A stretch of DNA of 54,661 bases from a virus. Lineage: Duplodnaviria; Caudoviricetes. Shown here in pieces: positions 36,021 through 46,446 of the stretch; position 1 is the stretch's first letter, and each line of letters begins with the position of its first letter. The DNA lies in IMG/VR virus record IMGVR_UViG_3300021962_000133, positions 1 to 54,661 of that record; one strand, 5' to 3'. A program made the position numbers and the translations under genes. The notes under the pieces are model-generated. The model did no database searches. It was given only the letters and a program-made list of their open reading frames with translations, and had not been told where the DNA came from.

Positions 36021-37373
36021 ATGAAGAAAAAAATTGTAATTGTAGGCGCTGGTGTAGCAGGAGTAAATGCAGCTACTAAATTAGTTGACAATGGTTTTCC
36101 AGGTAAAAACATTACTATTATTGATATGGGTAATGATCCATACAATAGAAAACCAGAAGAAGTAATGACTGGATTTCTAGGAGCTGGAGGTTGGTCTGAT
36201 GGTAAATTAACTTATCATACAGCAATTGGAGGTCAATTATCTAAGTATGTTGGTGAAGAAAAAGCTATGAAATTAATGGATGAAGTTATTAATAACTTTA
36301 AACGTTTTCATCCTAAACCTGAAGAAGTACAATGTTCTAATCCAATAGAAGAACCTGAATTTATTAAACCATATTTTGGTTTAAGATTATTCCCAGTATG
36401 GCATGTTGGTACAGATTATCTTCATGAAATTGGTAAAAATTGGTATGATTATTTAGTATCTAAAGGTGTACAATTTATTTGGAATGAACGAGTATTTAAA
36501 GTTGATTTTGAATCTAATTTAGTATACTTAACTACTAAAGGTAAAGAAGGTCAATATGCTGTTGAATATAATGAATTAATTTTTGGTGTAGGTAAATCAG
36601 GTATTGATTTTGCTCAAAGTATTCAAGATGAATATCAATTAGAAACAGAACCTAAATCAGTACAAATTGGTGTTAGATTTGAAGCACCACAGAAACATTT
36701 TCAGGATTTAATTGATATTAGTTATGATTTCAAATTATATCGTAAGTTTGAAGATAAAGGTGTTTCATTACGTTCATTCTGTACAAATAATAATGCTGCT
36801 TATGTTGCTGTAGAAGATACTTATGGTAATCATTCATATAATGGTCATGCTAAAAAAGATCCTAAATATAGAAATGACATGACTAACTTTGGTATTATTA
36901 TGGAAATTAATAACATTGAAGATCCATTTGCTTGGTCACGTAAAGTAGTAAATAAATTACAATATGCTGGTACTGGTTTATACTATAGCCCATCTCGTAA
37001 ACCATCAACTACATCAGAAGGTGAAAGAGTTAGCTCTATTCAAATTGATAATTTAGATATTGTAAGACATGGAATGGGTGAATATTGGAATTATATTGAG
37101 GATTTTATTGAGGATATGAAAAAAGTATTTCCAACATTAGGTGATGATTGGGGTGTTTATGTTCCTGAAGTAAAATATCTTTCACCTGAACCTCTTGTGT
37201 ATCATAGTGATTTAGCTTTAGTTGAATATCCAAATGTTCATTTTGTAGGAGATGCTTTATCAGCTAGAGGTATTACTGTTTCAGGAGCACAAGGTATACT
37301 AGCAATATCAAAACTAATATCATCATCAGATGCTTGGGATAATCACATTGGAGACATAATTAATTGGAAATAA
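36021..37373 (+). CDS. FAD-dependent oxidoreductase
   Basis: VIVGAGVAG Rossmann motif, GAGGWSDGKL, GVRFE, RSFC, HFVGD. Confidence 0.9.
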   Translation: MKKKIVIVGAGVAGVNAATKLVDNGFPGKNITIIDMGNDPYNRKPEEVMTGFLGAGGWSDGKLTYHTAIGGQLSKYVGEEKAMKLMDEVINNFKRFHPKPEEVQCSNPIEEPEFIKPYFGLRLFPVWHVGTDYLHEIGKNWYDYLVSKGVQFIWNERVFKVDFESNLVYLTTKGKEGQYAVEYNELIFGVGKSGIDFAQSIQDEYQLETEPKSVQIGVRFEAPQKHFQDLIDISYDFKLYRKFEDKGVSLRSFCTNNNAAYVAVEDTYGNHSYNGHAKKDPKYRNDMTNFGIIMEINNIEDPFAWSRKVVNKLQYAGTGLYYSPSRKPSTTSEGERVSSIQIDNLDIVRHGMGEYWNYIEDFIEDMKKVFPTLGDDWGVYVPEVKYLSPEPLVYHSDLALVEYPNVHFVGDALSARGITVSGAQGILAISKLISSSDAWDNHIGDIINWK

Positions 37374-37377
37374 ACAT

Positions 37378-37614
37378 ATGACAAATTTAATGACAAAAAG
37401 GCTTAAAACACCAGACGGAAAAGTAGTATATTACTGTAATGGAAAATTACATAATTGGGATGGACCTGCTATTAAACATCCAAAAAGTTCTGGTCAAAAA
37501 GATGAATATTATATTCATGGTATACAATATACTAAAGATCAATGGTCTGAAGTAAAACGTGACTTTAATGGTGTACCTCCAGCTAAAGATCCTAAATATC
37601 AGACTAGAATGTAA
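37378..37614 (+). CDS. Hypothetical protein
   Basis: GKLHNWDGPA...EYYIHG beta-repeat unit. Confidence 0.7.
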   Translation: MTNLMTKRLKTPDGKVVYYCNGKLHNWDGPAIKHPKSSGQKDEYYIHGIQYTKDQWSEVKRDFNGVPPAKDPKYQTRM

Positions 37615-37616
37615 GT

Positions 37617-37645
37617 TTGGCTTTAGTAATTTTTTTAATTATATT
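37617..37645 (+). promoter_or_regulatory. Early-type promoter TTGG-N19-TATATT
   Basis: Exact consensus and spacing. Confidence 0.75.
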
Positions 37646-37653
37646 ATAATATT

Positions 37654-38178
37654 ATGAAAATAGGTTTATGTGGAACAATGTCAGTTGGTAAAACTACATT
37701 GATTAATAATTTAATTCAAATTTCTCATTTTTCTGATTATAATAAAGCTACTGAAAGATCTAAATATCTAAGTAGTTTAGGTATTCCATTAAATACTGAT
37801 TCTACATTAGAAGGTCAATTTATATTTTTAGCTGAAAGAGCTACTGAATTATTACAAACTAATATTTTAACTGATAGAACAATTTGGGATGTATGTGCTT
37901 TTACAGCTTTAGCTAAATCTATTGATAATGGAGATAAATTCTATTTTGAAAAAGCAGCTATGACATTAAAAAATAAATATGATTTAGTAGTTTATGTTAA
38001 ACCTGATGGAGTAGCTATTGAAGATAATGGTATTAGAGAAACAGATTCTACTTATAGAGATGAAATTGATTACCAAATTCGTAACTTATTAGAATTATAC
38101 CCACCTAAAAATTTACTAACTATATCAGGATCAGTAGAAGATCGCATTAAGGCTATTATTAACCATATTTATAAATAA
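37654..38178 (+). CDS. P-loop nucleoside/nucleotide kinase (NadR-kinase/AAA_28-like)
   Basis: GTMSVGKTT, TDRTIWD, YDLVVY, DNGIR, GSVEDR. Confidence 0.8.
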   Translation: MKIGLCGTMSVGKTTLINNLIQISHFSDYNKATERSKYLSSLGIPLNTDSTLEGQFIFLAERATELLQTNILTDRTIWDVCAFTALAKSIDNGDKFYFEKAAMTLKNKYDLVVYVKPDGVAIEDNGIRETDSTYRDEIDYQIRNLLELYPPKNLLTISGSVEDRIKAIINHIYK

Positions 38179-38188
38179 ACTTACAACA

Positions 38189-39154
38189 ATGAGCTCACAT
38201 TTTAATACGCCTGAATTTGACCATAAGGCTTTCGCTAAGTATTTAGCTGAAAACAAATTAACATCTTCTAGTAGACTTCATTCATTAAATGAAGGTATTG
38301 AAGAAGCAGTACCATTTGAAAAAGATGCTTTAGATGAAGAATTAACAGTAGCAGATATTAATAAAAAATATACTGAAATGCTTAATAAAAACAAAGCCAC
38401 AACTTTATCAGATGTAGCTAAAGCTTTAGGTGTAACAGAAAAAGAAATGGCTAAAGCTTTCTTTAAATCTTCTTTAAAATTAAAAGAAAATGAAGAATTA
38501 GAAGAAATGGCTAATTTCTTTAAAATCACTAAAGACCAAAAAGATAAACTTAATCCAGACAAATATGTAGGTACTAAAAAATTAGTAGCTCAAGCATTAA
38601 AAGGAGATGAAGTTGAAGCTGATCAACCATTCACTAAAGCAACTATTAAAGCTATTATAGGTAAAGATCCATTAAAAGATTTTAATTCTGTATTAGACGC
38701 TGAAGAAATTGGTGCTTTAGGAAAAACATCAGATGTTAATCCACAAGAACCAAAAACACCAGGTGTTAGAGGTCGCAAACCAGGAACTTCTACCCCAACT
38801 AAAAAAGAACCATCTATGTCAATGGCTAAAGATAAAGTTGTTGGTGTTAGAGATATTGATGGACCAAGATCAGCTGATGTAACTGCCGCTGAAAAAGAAT
38901 TAGGTGGAGCTAAAGGTATTGAAAGAACAATTGCTATTGATAAAGCAGGCAAAGCTATTATTGCTAAATTAAAAGATAGTAAAGATAAACTTATTGATCC
39001 TAAATTTAAAGAAGCTAAACGTTTAGCATTTATATCTTATTTAACTCGTTCAAAAGCTGAAGGTGGTAAAATTGGTTTAAGAAAAGGTGGTGAAACTTAT
39101 ACTAACTTGTTACAAGTTTGGGACAATACAGTTGAAGATTTAATTTCTAAATGA
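38189..39154 (+). CDS. Putative internal head protein
   Basis: FDHKAFAKYLAENKL leader; several L-x-E sites; RGRKP; ATATTTATA upstream. Confidence 0.6.
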   Translation: MSSHFNTPEFDHKAFAKYLAENKLTSSSRLHSLNEGIEEAVPFEKDALDEELTVADINKKYTEMLNKNKATTLSDVAKALGVTEKEMAKAFFKSSLKLKENEELEEMANFFKITKDQKDKLNPDKYVGTKKLVAQALKGDEVEADQPFTKATIKAIIGKDPLKDFNSVLDAEEIGALGKTSDVNPQEPKTPGVRGRKPGTSTPTKKEPSMSMAKDKVVGVRDIDGPRSADVTAAEKELGGAKGIERTIAIDKAGKAIIAKLKDSKDKLIDPKFKEAKRLAFISYLTRSKAEGGKIGLRKGGETYTNLLQVWDNTVEDLISK

Positions 39155-39486
39155 AAAAATATATAACTCAAATTGTTATACTCTTAGGAACTATAGGATT
39201 ACTATGGTTCCTTTTAGTTCGTAATGATATTTCTTCATCAGAAGCTAAATATCAAAAAACTATTGATTCATTAAATATTGAAATAGGAAAAAAAGATATT
39301 AAAATAGCATCTTTAGATTCTACTAGACATATTTTAGATTCTTTAGTAATTTTAGATAAAGCTAAATTAGCTAATATAGCTAAAAAAGCTCAACAATATA
39401 AAGAACAATATGAAAAAGAACATAATCGCATCAATAATATGTCTGATGATGATATCATCAGCGAGTTCACAACAGCGTTTAACTGA
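39151..39486 (+). CDS. N-terminal TM + coiled-coil protein (i-spanin-like topology)
   Basis: Hydrophobic residues ~4-23 followed by heptads. Confidence 0.6.
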   Translation: MKKYITQIVILLGTIGLLWFLLVRNDISSSEAKYQKTIDSLNIEIGKKDIKIASLDSTRHILDSLVILDKAKLANIAKKAQQYKEQYEKEHNRINNMSDDDIISEFTTAFN

Positions 39487-39817
39487 TTCAACGGTAATAG
39501 TTCCTATTAAATCATTAAAAAACGCTCTTTTAGTTAAAGTTGAAAGAGATAATCTTAAAAAAGAATTAGTTATTGCTCGTGATTCAATAAAAGCTATGGA
39601 CACTATTATTTTTAGAAAAGATATTATAATTAGTGTTTTAGACTCTACTCGTGTTGTTTTAGATAGTAAAGTTAAAGATTTGAATGGAGTAATTATAGCT
39701 AAAGATGGTATTATAAATGAAAAAAGTAAAAAAATTACAAAATTAAATAATACAATTAAAAAATTAACTGGAGCATTTATGATTTCAGTTGTAGGTTTTA
39801 TTATAGCACTTTTATGA
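39410..39817 (+). CDS. Signal peptide + coiled coil + C-terminal TM protein (possible spanin partner)
   Basis: MKKNIIASIICLMMISSASS signal; terminal GAFMISVVGFIIALL; overlaps the previous ORF. Confidence 0.6.
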   Translation: MKKNIIASIICLMMISSASSQQRLTDSTVIVPIKSLKNALLVKVERDNLKKELVIARDSIKAMDTIIFRKDIIISVLDSTRVVLDSKVKDLNGVIIAKDGIINEKSKKITKLNNTIKKLTGAFMISVVGFIIALL

Positions 39818-41412
39818 GTGAACAACAACCCCAAGATATAAAAACTTTAATTAGACAGGAGTACATTAAATGTGCTAGTGATCCTGTTTATTTTATGAAA
39901 AAATATTATTGGATTCAACACCCAACAAGAGGTAGAACCCAATTTAATCTATACCCATTCCAGGAAAAAGTATTAAATTTATTTCAAGATAATAGTTACA
40001 ATATAGTAAATAAATCTAGACAGTTAGGTATATCAACATTAGTTGGTGCTTATACTTTATGGATGATGTTGTTTCAAAAAGATAAAAATATACTTTGTAT
40101 AGCTACAAAACAAGAAACAGCAAAAAACTTAGTAACTAAAGTTAAATTTGGTTATGAAAATTTACCAAGTTGGCTTAAATTAAAAGCAATAGAAAACAAT
40201 AAATTATCACTTAAACTAGCTAATGGTTCTCAAATTAAAGCAGTATCAGCGGCTAGTGATTCAGGTCGAAGTGAAGCAGTTTCATTATTAATCATTGATG
40301 AAGCAGCATTTATTGACAATATTGAAGAAATATTTGCTAGTGCTCAACAAACCTTAGCTACTGGTGGTGGTTGTATAGCTATATCTACACCTTATGGTAC
40401 AGGTAACTGGTTTCATAAAACATGGATTAAAGCTGAAGCTAAAGATAATAGCTTTTTACCAATTAGATTACCATGGACTGTACACCCAGAACGAGATCAA
40501 AAATGGAGAGATACACAAACTTCTGACTTAGGACCTAGATTAGCTGCCCAAGAGTGTGATTGTGATTTTAGTACATCTGGTGATACAGCTATTGAACCAG
40601 AAATATTAAATTGGTATATAGAAACATATCAAAAAGATCCAATTGAAAGAAGAGGCATTGATGGAAATTATTGGATTTGGGAACATCCAGATTTTTCAAG
40701 AACATATGTAGTTACAGCTGATGTAGCTAGAGGTGATGGTAAAGATTTTTCAGCATTTCATGTTATTGATGTAGACTCAAATACTCAAGTAGCAGAATAT
40801 AAAGGACAATTAGGTACTAGAGATTATGGTAATTTTTTAGTAGGTGTAGCAGTTGAATATAATGATGCTTTATTAGTTATAGAAAACGCTACTTATGGTT
40901 GGGATGTAATTCAAACAGCTATTGATAGAGGTTATAGGAATCTTTATTATTCTCCTAAATCAGATACAGCTTTAACTAATGTTGAAATGTATCTTGATAG
41001 ATATGAAAATGGAAATGGTATGGTTCCTGGATTTACTAATTCTCTTCGTACAAGACCGCTTGTTATCTCAAAACTTATTAGTTATATTCATGAACGTTCA
41101 GTTACTATACAATCAAAAAGATTGTTAGAGGAATTTAGAACATTTATTTGGAAAAATGGAAAAGCACAGTCTATGGATGGTTATAATGATGATTTGGTTT
41201 TAAGTTTTGGATTTGCTATGTTTTTAAGAGATACTAGCTTACGTTTTAAACAAACAGGAATTGATTTAGCTAGAGCTAGTTTAAATAGTATATCTAGTGG
41301 TTATATGCCTGTTATGTCAAATAATCATACTCCACATAATGTACATAATGATCCATGGACAATGGATGATGGTATGGGAGGAAAAGAAAATTTAAACTGG
41401 CTTATAGGATAA
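39814..41412 (+). CDS. gp17: Terminase large subunit
   Basis: LYPFQ, KSRQLGIST, IIDEAAF, ISTP, ADVARGDGKD, NDDLV. Confidence 0.95.
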   Translation: MSEQQPQDIKTLIRQEYIKCASDPVYFMKKYYWIQHPTRGRTQFNLYPFQEKVLNLFQDNSYNIVNKSRQLGISTLVGAYTLWMMLFQKDKNILCIATKQETAKNLVTKVKFGYENLPSWLKLKAIENNKLSLKLANGSQIKAVSAASDSGRSEAVSLLIIDEAAFIDNIEEIFASAQQTLATGGGCIAISTPYGTGNWFHKTWIKAEAKDNSFLPIRLPWTVHPERDQKWRDTQTSDLGPRLAAQECDCDFSTSGDTAIEPEILNWYIETYQKDPIERRGIDGNYWIWEHPDFSRTYVVTADVARGDGKDFSAFHVIDVDSNTQVAEYKGQLGTRDYGNFLVGVAVEYNDALLVIENATYGWDVIQTAIDRGYRNLYYSPKSDTALTNVEMYLDRYENGNGMVPGFTNSLRTRPLVISKLISYIHERSVTIQSKRLLEEFRTFIWKNGKAQSMDGYNDDLVLSFGFAMFLRDTSLRFKQTGIDLARASLNSISSGYMPVMSNNHTPHNVHNDPWTMDDGMGGKENLNWLIG

Positions 41413-41429
41413 TAAATATTTATATATAA

Positions 41430-43313
41430 ATGGCAAATACTTCTTTATTTGGAAGACTACAAAGATTATTCTCATCTGATGTTGTTATTAGAAACACAGG
41501 TGGAAATCAGTTATCCGTTATGGATACTGATAGAATTCAATCTTTAGGTGTTCTACAAACAAACTCACTGGTTGATAGATTTCAAAAAATCTATACAACT
41601 TCAGGTCCTGGAATTTATAATTTAAATTCTGCTCAAAACTATCAAAACATTCGTGTTCAGTTATATGCTGATTATGAATCAATGGACACAGATGCTATTG
41701 TTTCTTCTGTATTAGATATTGTTTCAGATGAATGTACTTTAAAAAATGAACAAGGTGAAGTTTTACAAATTAGATCAAGTGATGAAAATATTCAAAAGAT
41801 TCTTTATAATTTATTTTATGATGTATTGAATGTTGAATTTAATCTTTGGTCTTGGACTCGCAATATGTGTAAATATGGTGACTTCTATTTAAAATTAGAA
41901 ATTGCTGAAAAATATGGGATATATAATGTTATTCCATTCTCAGCATACACAATGATTAGAGAAGAAGGAACAGATCAACAAAATCCAGCTTATGTTAGAT
42001 TTAGATATGATCCAACAGCAGCTACAGGTGTAACAGCTAATTATGCTTCATATGCTGGCCAAGATACAGGTATTTTATTCCAAAATTATGAAATAGCTCA
42101 CTTCCGTTTAATTAATGATGTTAATTATTTACCTTATGGTAGATCATATCTTGAACCAGGAAGAAAATTATTTAAACAGTATGTATTAATGGAAGATGCT
42201 ATGTTAATCCATAGAATTGTACGTGCCCCTGAAAAACGTGTTTTCTATGTTAATGTAGGTAATATTCCACCAAATGAAGTTGAAAACTATATGCAACGTA
42301 TGATGCAAAAAGTTAAGAAAACTCCATTTATTGATCCTAATACTGGTAATTATAATTTGAAATTTAACATGCAAAACATGTTAGAAGATATTTATATTCC
42401 TGTTAGAGGTGGTGACTCAACAACAAAAATTGACACAGCTAAAGGATTAGAATATAACGGTATTGAAGATGTAGCTTATTTAAGAGAAAAATTATTCGCC
42501 GCTCTAAAAGTACCTAAAGCTTATTTAGGATATGAAAAAGATTTAAGTGGTAAAGCTACATTAGCAGCTGAAGATATTAGATTTGCACGTACTGTTGAAC
42601 GTATCCAGCGTATATTATTAAGTGAATTAACTAAAATTGCTTTAGTGCATTTATATACTCAAGGTTATGATAATGAAACTTTAACTAACTTTGAATTAGG
42701 ATTAACAACTCCATCTATCATTTATGATCAAGAAAGAGTAGCATTAATGAAAGAAAAAGTTGATTTAGCTTCATCTATTTTAGAAACTAATCTATTACCT
42801 TCAAATTGGATTTATGATAATGTATTCCATTTTAGTGAAGATCAATTTGATGAATATAGAGACTTAGTAGCTGAAGATAAAAAACGTACCTTTAGACTTA
42901 AACAAATAGAAGAAGAAGGTAATGATCCAGCTGAAACAGGTCAAGTATATGGTACACCTCACCAATTAGCTAATGCTTATGGTAAAGGAAGATATACAAC
43001 TAGTAGAGATGTACCTGCTGGATTTGATGAAAATGATCCTAATATTGTAAATATGCCTGGTAGACCTCAAGAAAAACCATCATTTATTAATACTCAAAAT
43101 GATCCCTTTGGTAGAGATCGATTAGGAGTTGATTCTATGAAAGGTAAATATAAAGATGATGAAGAAATTAGAGAAACTATAAAAAAATCTGTACCTGCTA
43201 CAGCTATATATTTACAAAATAAAAATATGTTTGATGGATTACCTCGACAAACTAATATGTTTAAAGGAAGTAGTTTATTAAATGAAGAAAATATCCGTGA
43301 GGAACTGAAATAA
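41430..43313 (+). CDS. gp20: Portal protein
   Basis: LMEDAMLIHRIVRAPEKRVFYVNVGN, MLEDIYIPVRG, LFAALKVP. Confidence 0.95.
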   Translation: MANTSLFGRLQRLFSSDVVIRNTGGNQLSVMDTDRIQSLGVLQTNSLVDRFQKIYTTSGPGIYNLNSAQNYQNIRVQLYADYESMDTDAIVSSVLDIVSDECTLKNEQGEVLQIRSSDENIQKILYNLFYDVLNVEFNLWSWTRNMCKYGDFYLKLEIAEKYGIYNVIPFSAYTMIREEGTDQQNPAYVRFRYDPTAATGVTANYASYAGQDTGILFQNYEIAHFRLINDVNYLPYGRSYLEPGRKLFKQYVLMEDAMLIHRIVRAPEKRVFYVNVGNIPPNEVENYMQRMMQKVKKTPFIDPNTGNYNLKFNMQNMLEDIYIPVRGGDSTTKIDTAKGLEYNGIEDVAYLREKLFAALKVPKAYLGYEKDLSGKATLAAEDIRFARTVERIQRILLSELTKIALVHLYTQGYDNETLTNFELGLTTPSIIYDQERVALMKEKVDLASSILETNLLPSNWIYDNVFHFSEDQFDEYRDLVAEDKKRTFRLKQIEEEGNDPAETGQVYGTPHQLANAYGKGRYTTSRDVPAGFDENDPNIVNMPGRPQEKPSFINTQNDPFGRDRLGVDSMKGKYKDDEEIRETIKKSVPATAIYLQNKNMFDGLPRQTNMFKGSSLLNEENIREELK

Positions 43314-43345
43314 GTATATATTATAAGTAGTATAATTATACCTTC

Positions 43346-44194
43346 ATGACAATCAAACATTCGAAGTATAAAAACACAGGTGTCCTTTTTGAGCTTTTAG
43401 TCAGACAAATAGCTTCTGATGTAATGGCTGGAAAAGAATCATCTTCTGTTAAGATAGTTAAAAAATACTTTACTAACACTGAGTTAGCTAAAGAACAAAA
43501 ATTATATTATTCAATATTAAACAGTGACAAATTAGAAGAAACTAAAGCTGATTTGTTAATTAATACTGTTTTAGATTTATCTATTAAATTAGATGAAGAA
43601 AAAATTAATAAAGAAAAATATGCTTTAATCAGAGAAATTAAAAAACATTATGATTTAGACAATTTTTTTAAAAACAAAATAAATAACTATAAAACATCAG
43701 CTGCTATTTATACATTGTTTGAAATTAAAAAATCAAAAAATTTTATTACTCCTGACCAAATATTAACTAATAAAATAACATTATTAGAGCATATAACTAG
43801 AAGTAGTATAAATTCTGAAAATGTTGAAAACAGAATAATTCAAGAATTTAAAACTCAAGATAAAGATATTCGTATTTTAACATATAGGATATTAATTGAA
43901 AAATTTAATGATAAGTATTCTAATTTATCTGATAAACAAAAATTAGTTTTAAAAGAATACATAAATAATATTTCTAATGTTGATTATTTAAGAAGATTTG
44001 TTAATAAAAATTTAACTGAAGTTAGAGAAAACTTAGTTAAACTAAAAAGTAAAGTAGATAATAAAACAACAGAAATTAAACTACAGGAAGCTATAAATTT
44101 AATTAAACCTTTATCTAAAAAGCAAGTAGTAAAAGATGAACATCTTATTACTTTACTTCAGTATCATGAGTTAGTAAGTGAATTATCTAAATAA
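43346..44194 (+). CDS. Hypothetical head-module protein
   Basis: 282 aa helical ORF between portal and protease. Confidence 0.7.
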   Translation: MTIKHSKYKNTGVLFELLVRQIASDVMAGKESSSVKIVKKYFTNTELAKEQKLYYSILNSDKLEETKADLLINTVLDLSIKLDEEKINKEKYALIREIKKHYDLDNFFKNKINNYKTSAAIYTLFEIKKSKNFITPDQILTNKITLLEHITRSSINSENVENRIIQEFKTQDKDIRILTYRILIEKFNDKYSNLSDKQKLVLKEYINNISNVDYLRRFVNKNLTEVRENLVKLKSKVDNKTTEIKLQEAINLIKPLSKKQVVKDEHLITLLQYHELVSELSK

Positions 44195-44196
44195 TC

Positions 44197-44766
44197 ATGA
44201 GAAGCAAAGAAGATATTAAAAAAATTATTGAGGCTTATATTAAACAAAAATTAGCCCAAGAAATTTCTACAACAGGAGCAGTTCCTGGATTCGCTCCAAA
44301 ATATGCTTTTAAAAAGAAAGAAGCTAAAAATGAAGCTGTTTTAAATCCAAGAAAAAATCCAAAACCAACAAAATCAGGTTTACCTTCTACTTTTGTTAAA
44401 GGTACTAAAAATAATGTTTATACTAAGTCTTATGGTTATAAAGAAATACAACCAAAAGATATGTTAGATGCTAGTTTTTTATGGAATGAAAATCAAATAA
44501 ATGAAGTAAAATATTCACAATTTAAAAAAACAGCTGAAATGCGTAGACCAGCTGATCAGTTACATACAGCTATTAGAGAAGTTCGTAAACGTGTTTTAGA
44601 AATAAATAAAATATTAGAATATACAAATAGATTAAAGACTGAATTAAAACAGTCTAATGAAAATTTAACATATTTAAAAAGAACTAATGAGGTTTTAGAA
44701 AAAATGGTTAATGAAATTAAAGAATTACAAACCAAAATTAAAATCTTAACAAATGGCAAAAGCTAA
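44197..44766 (+). CDS. Hypothetical head-module protein
   Basis: IKKIIEAYIKQKLAQE N-terminus, INE site, C-terminal coiled coil. Confidence 0.7.
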   Translation: MRSKEDIKKIIEAYIKQKLAQEISTTGAVPGFAPKYAFKKKEAKNEAVLNPRKNPKPTKSGLPSTFVKGTKNNVYTKSYGYKEIQPKDMLDASFLWNENQINEVKYSQFKKTAEMRRPADQLHTAIREVRKRVLEINKILEYTNRLKTELKQSNENLTYLKRTNEVLEKMVNEIKELQTKIKILTNGKS

Positions 44767-44902
44767 AAAAACTACACTCTCAGCTTCATCACTTTATAAA
44801 GTAAAACCAAAGAAGAGAAGACCAGGAATCCATGCAAAAACTAAATCAAGTAAATTAAAACAAAGTAAAAACTATAAAAAACTGTCAGTTGGGCAGGGAT
44901 AA
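44753..44902 (+). CDS. 49-aa very basic peptide (not in ORF track)
   Basis: MAKAKKTT...KPKKRRPGIHAK...NYKKLSVGQG; fills the gap exactly. Confidence 0.7.
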   Translation: MAKAKKTTLSASSLYKVKPKKRRPGIHAKTKSSKLKQSKNYKKLSVGQG

Positions 44903-44919
44903 TTAATATTTATACATAA

Positions 44920-46446
44920 ATGGCTACTACAAACGAATATCTTAAATCACTTATGTCAGTAATTCCTGACATTGATAAAGCTAACCCATTTGAAGTTCAA
45001 AGAGGTCTTGACTATGAATTAGTTAAGATGGGTGGAGAAGTAACTAATGAAACAGTTAAAAAAGCTTTAGTTAAAGCTGTTAAGAATGTACTTTCTGATG
45101 CTAATTACTATACTCATTTGTTAGAAGATGCCACTTATGAAATGTTAGGTGTTAAAAAACCTAATAGAAAAAAAGAAGTAGCTAGTACTGAAATGGAAGA
45201 AGTTAAAAAGAAAGATAACATGGCTCCAAATCAGATGACAAAAGCTAAAGTAGTTAAAGAATCTTTAGAAGAAAAAAGAAAAAATCCATCTGATTTTGTC
45301 ATTATGGATGTTCCTCTTTTTATTCGTATGCTTGAATATGCTCGTGAAGACGCTACTTCAGACATGGATCTTCATGATGTAGCTGAAAAATTAATTAAAT
45401 TAAGTGCTACAGGAAAACCTGTAACAATGAAATTTTATAATTCTATTGTATCTAAAAAAGAACCAGTTAAAGCTAAACCTGAACCTAAAAAGGTTGAGCC
45501 TAAAACAGATGAACCTAAAACAGGTGAAAAATTAAATGAAAAAAAGAAACTAAAAATGCCTGATTTTCCAGATGTTGATGGTGATGGTGATAGAGAAGAA
45601 CCAATAGTTAAAGCTACTAAAGATAAGAAAAAAGCTCTTAAAGAATCAATTAGAGAAGATATTGATTTAGGTCATGAAGATGACGAACCAGACATGTTAA
45701 AAGCTAGTGTTTATCGTATAGCTAAATATGCTGTTGAATTATATAAAATGCTTGACAAATATGATCAAATGGAAGATGAAGTTGATTTTCCTGATTGGTG
45801 GCAAGAAAAAATTCATTTAGCTAAAGATTATTTAGTTAAAGCTAAACATTATCTTGATTTTGAAGAAAAACAACCATCATTAGATGCTATGGTTTCAATG
45901 AATGAAGCTATAGACGGAACAAAAAAATATCAACAACCATCATCAGATATTAAAACTTTTGATACTGAAGAAGTTATCTTACAAAAAATATATGGTAATA
46001 ATTTAAAGAATTTAAAAAAATATTCTGTAGGATCTTATACTGGTGATTTAGGTGATATGAAAAGTGCATTTTTTATGTTTGCTCCATCAGGTAATAATTT
46101 TAAAGTATATAAATCTTCTATTGATTTTGAAGAATATATAGATAAAGCTAAAAATGTTCCTGCTAATGAATTATATCCAATTCAACAAGAATTTTTAAAG
46201 AAAGCTATTGACACTGTATTCTATAGAATGCCTAAAATGACTAAACAACCAACATCATTAAAAGAAATTGAATTAACTAAAGAAAATGTTGAGTTAATTA
46301 AAAAAACAATTAAAAAAATGATGGAAGGAGCTGTTGAATTTACAGTAGCTGGAAAACCTAGTTATGTTACTCCTCAAGAAGCTTCAGCTTATGAACAAGA
46401 CTTAAAGCGTAAAGGAGTTAAATACACAAAAAGAACTATTCAATAA
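44920..46446 (+). CDS. Multi-module putative prohead core/internal protein
   Basis: Modules separated by VKESLEE, LNE, LKESIRE, MNE, LKE; DVDGDGD Ca-loop-like motif. Confidence 0.65.
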   Translation: MATTNEYLKSLMSVIPDIDKANPFEVQRGLDYELVKMGGEVTNETVKKALVKAVKNVLSDANYYTHLLEDATYEMLGVKKPNRKKEVASTEMEEVKKKDNMAPNQMTKAKVVKESLEEKRKNPSDFVIMDVPLFIRMLEYAREDATSDMDLHDVAEKLIKLSATGKPVTMKFYNSIVSKKEPVKAKPEPKKVEPKTDEPKTGEKLNEKKKLKMPDFPDVDGDGDREEPIVKATKDKKKALKESIREDIDLGHEDDEPDMLKASVYRIAKYAVELYKMLDKYDQMEDEVDFPDWWQEKIHLAKDYLVKAKHYLDFEEKQPSLDAMVSMNEAIDGTKKYQQPSSDIKTFDTEEVILQKIYGNNLKNLKKYSVGSYTGDLGDMKSAFFMFAPSGNNFKVYKSSIDFEEYIDKAKNVPANELYPIQQEFLKKAIDTVFYRMPKMTKQPTSLKEIELTKENVELIKKTIKKMMEGAVEFTVAGKPSYVTPQEASAYEQDLKRKGVKYTKRTIQ

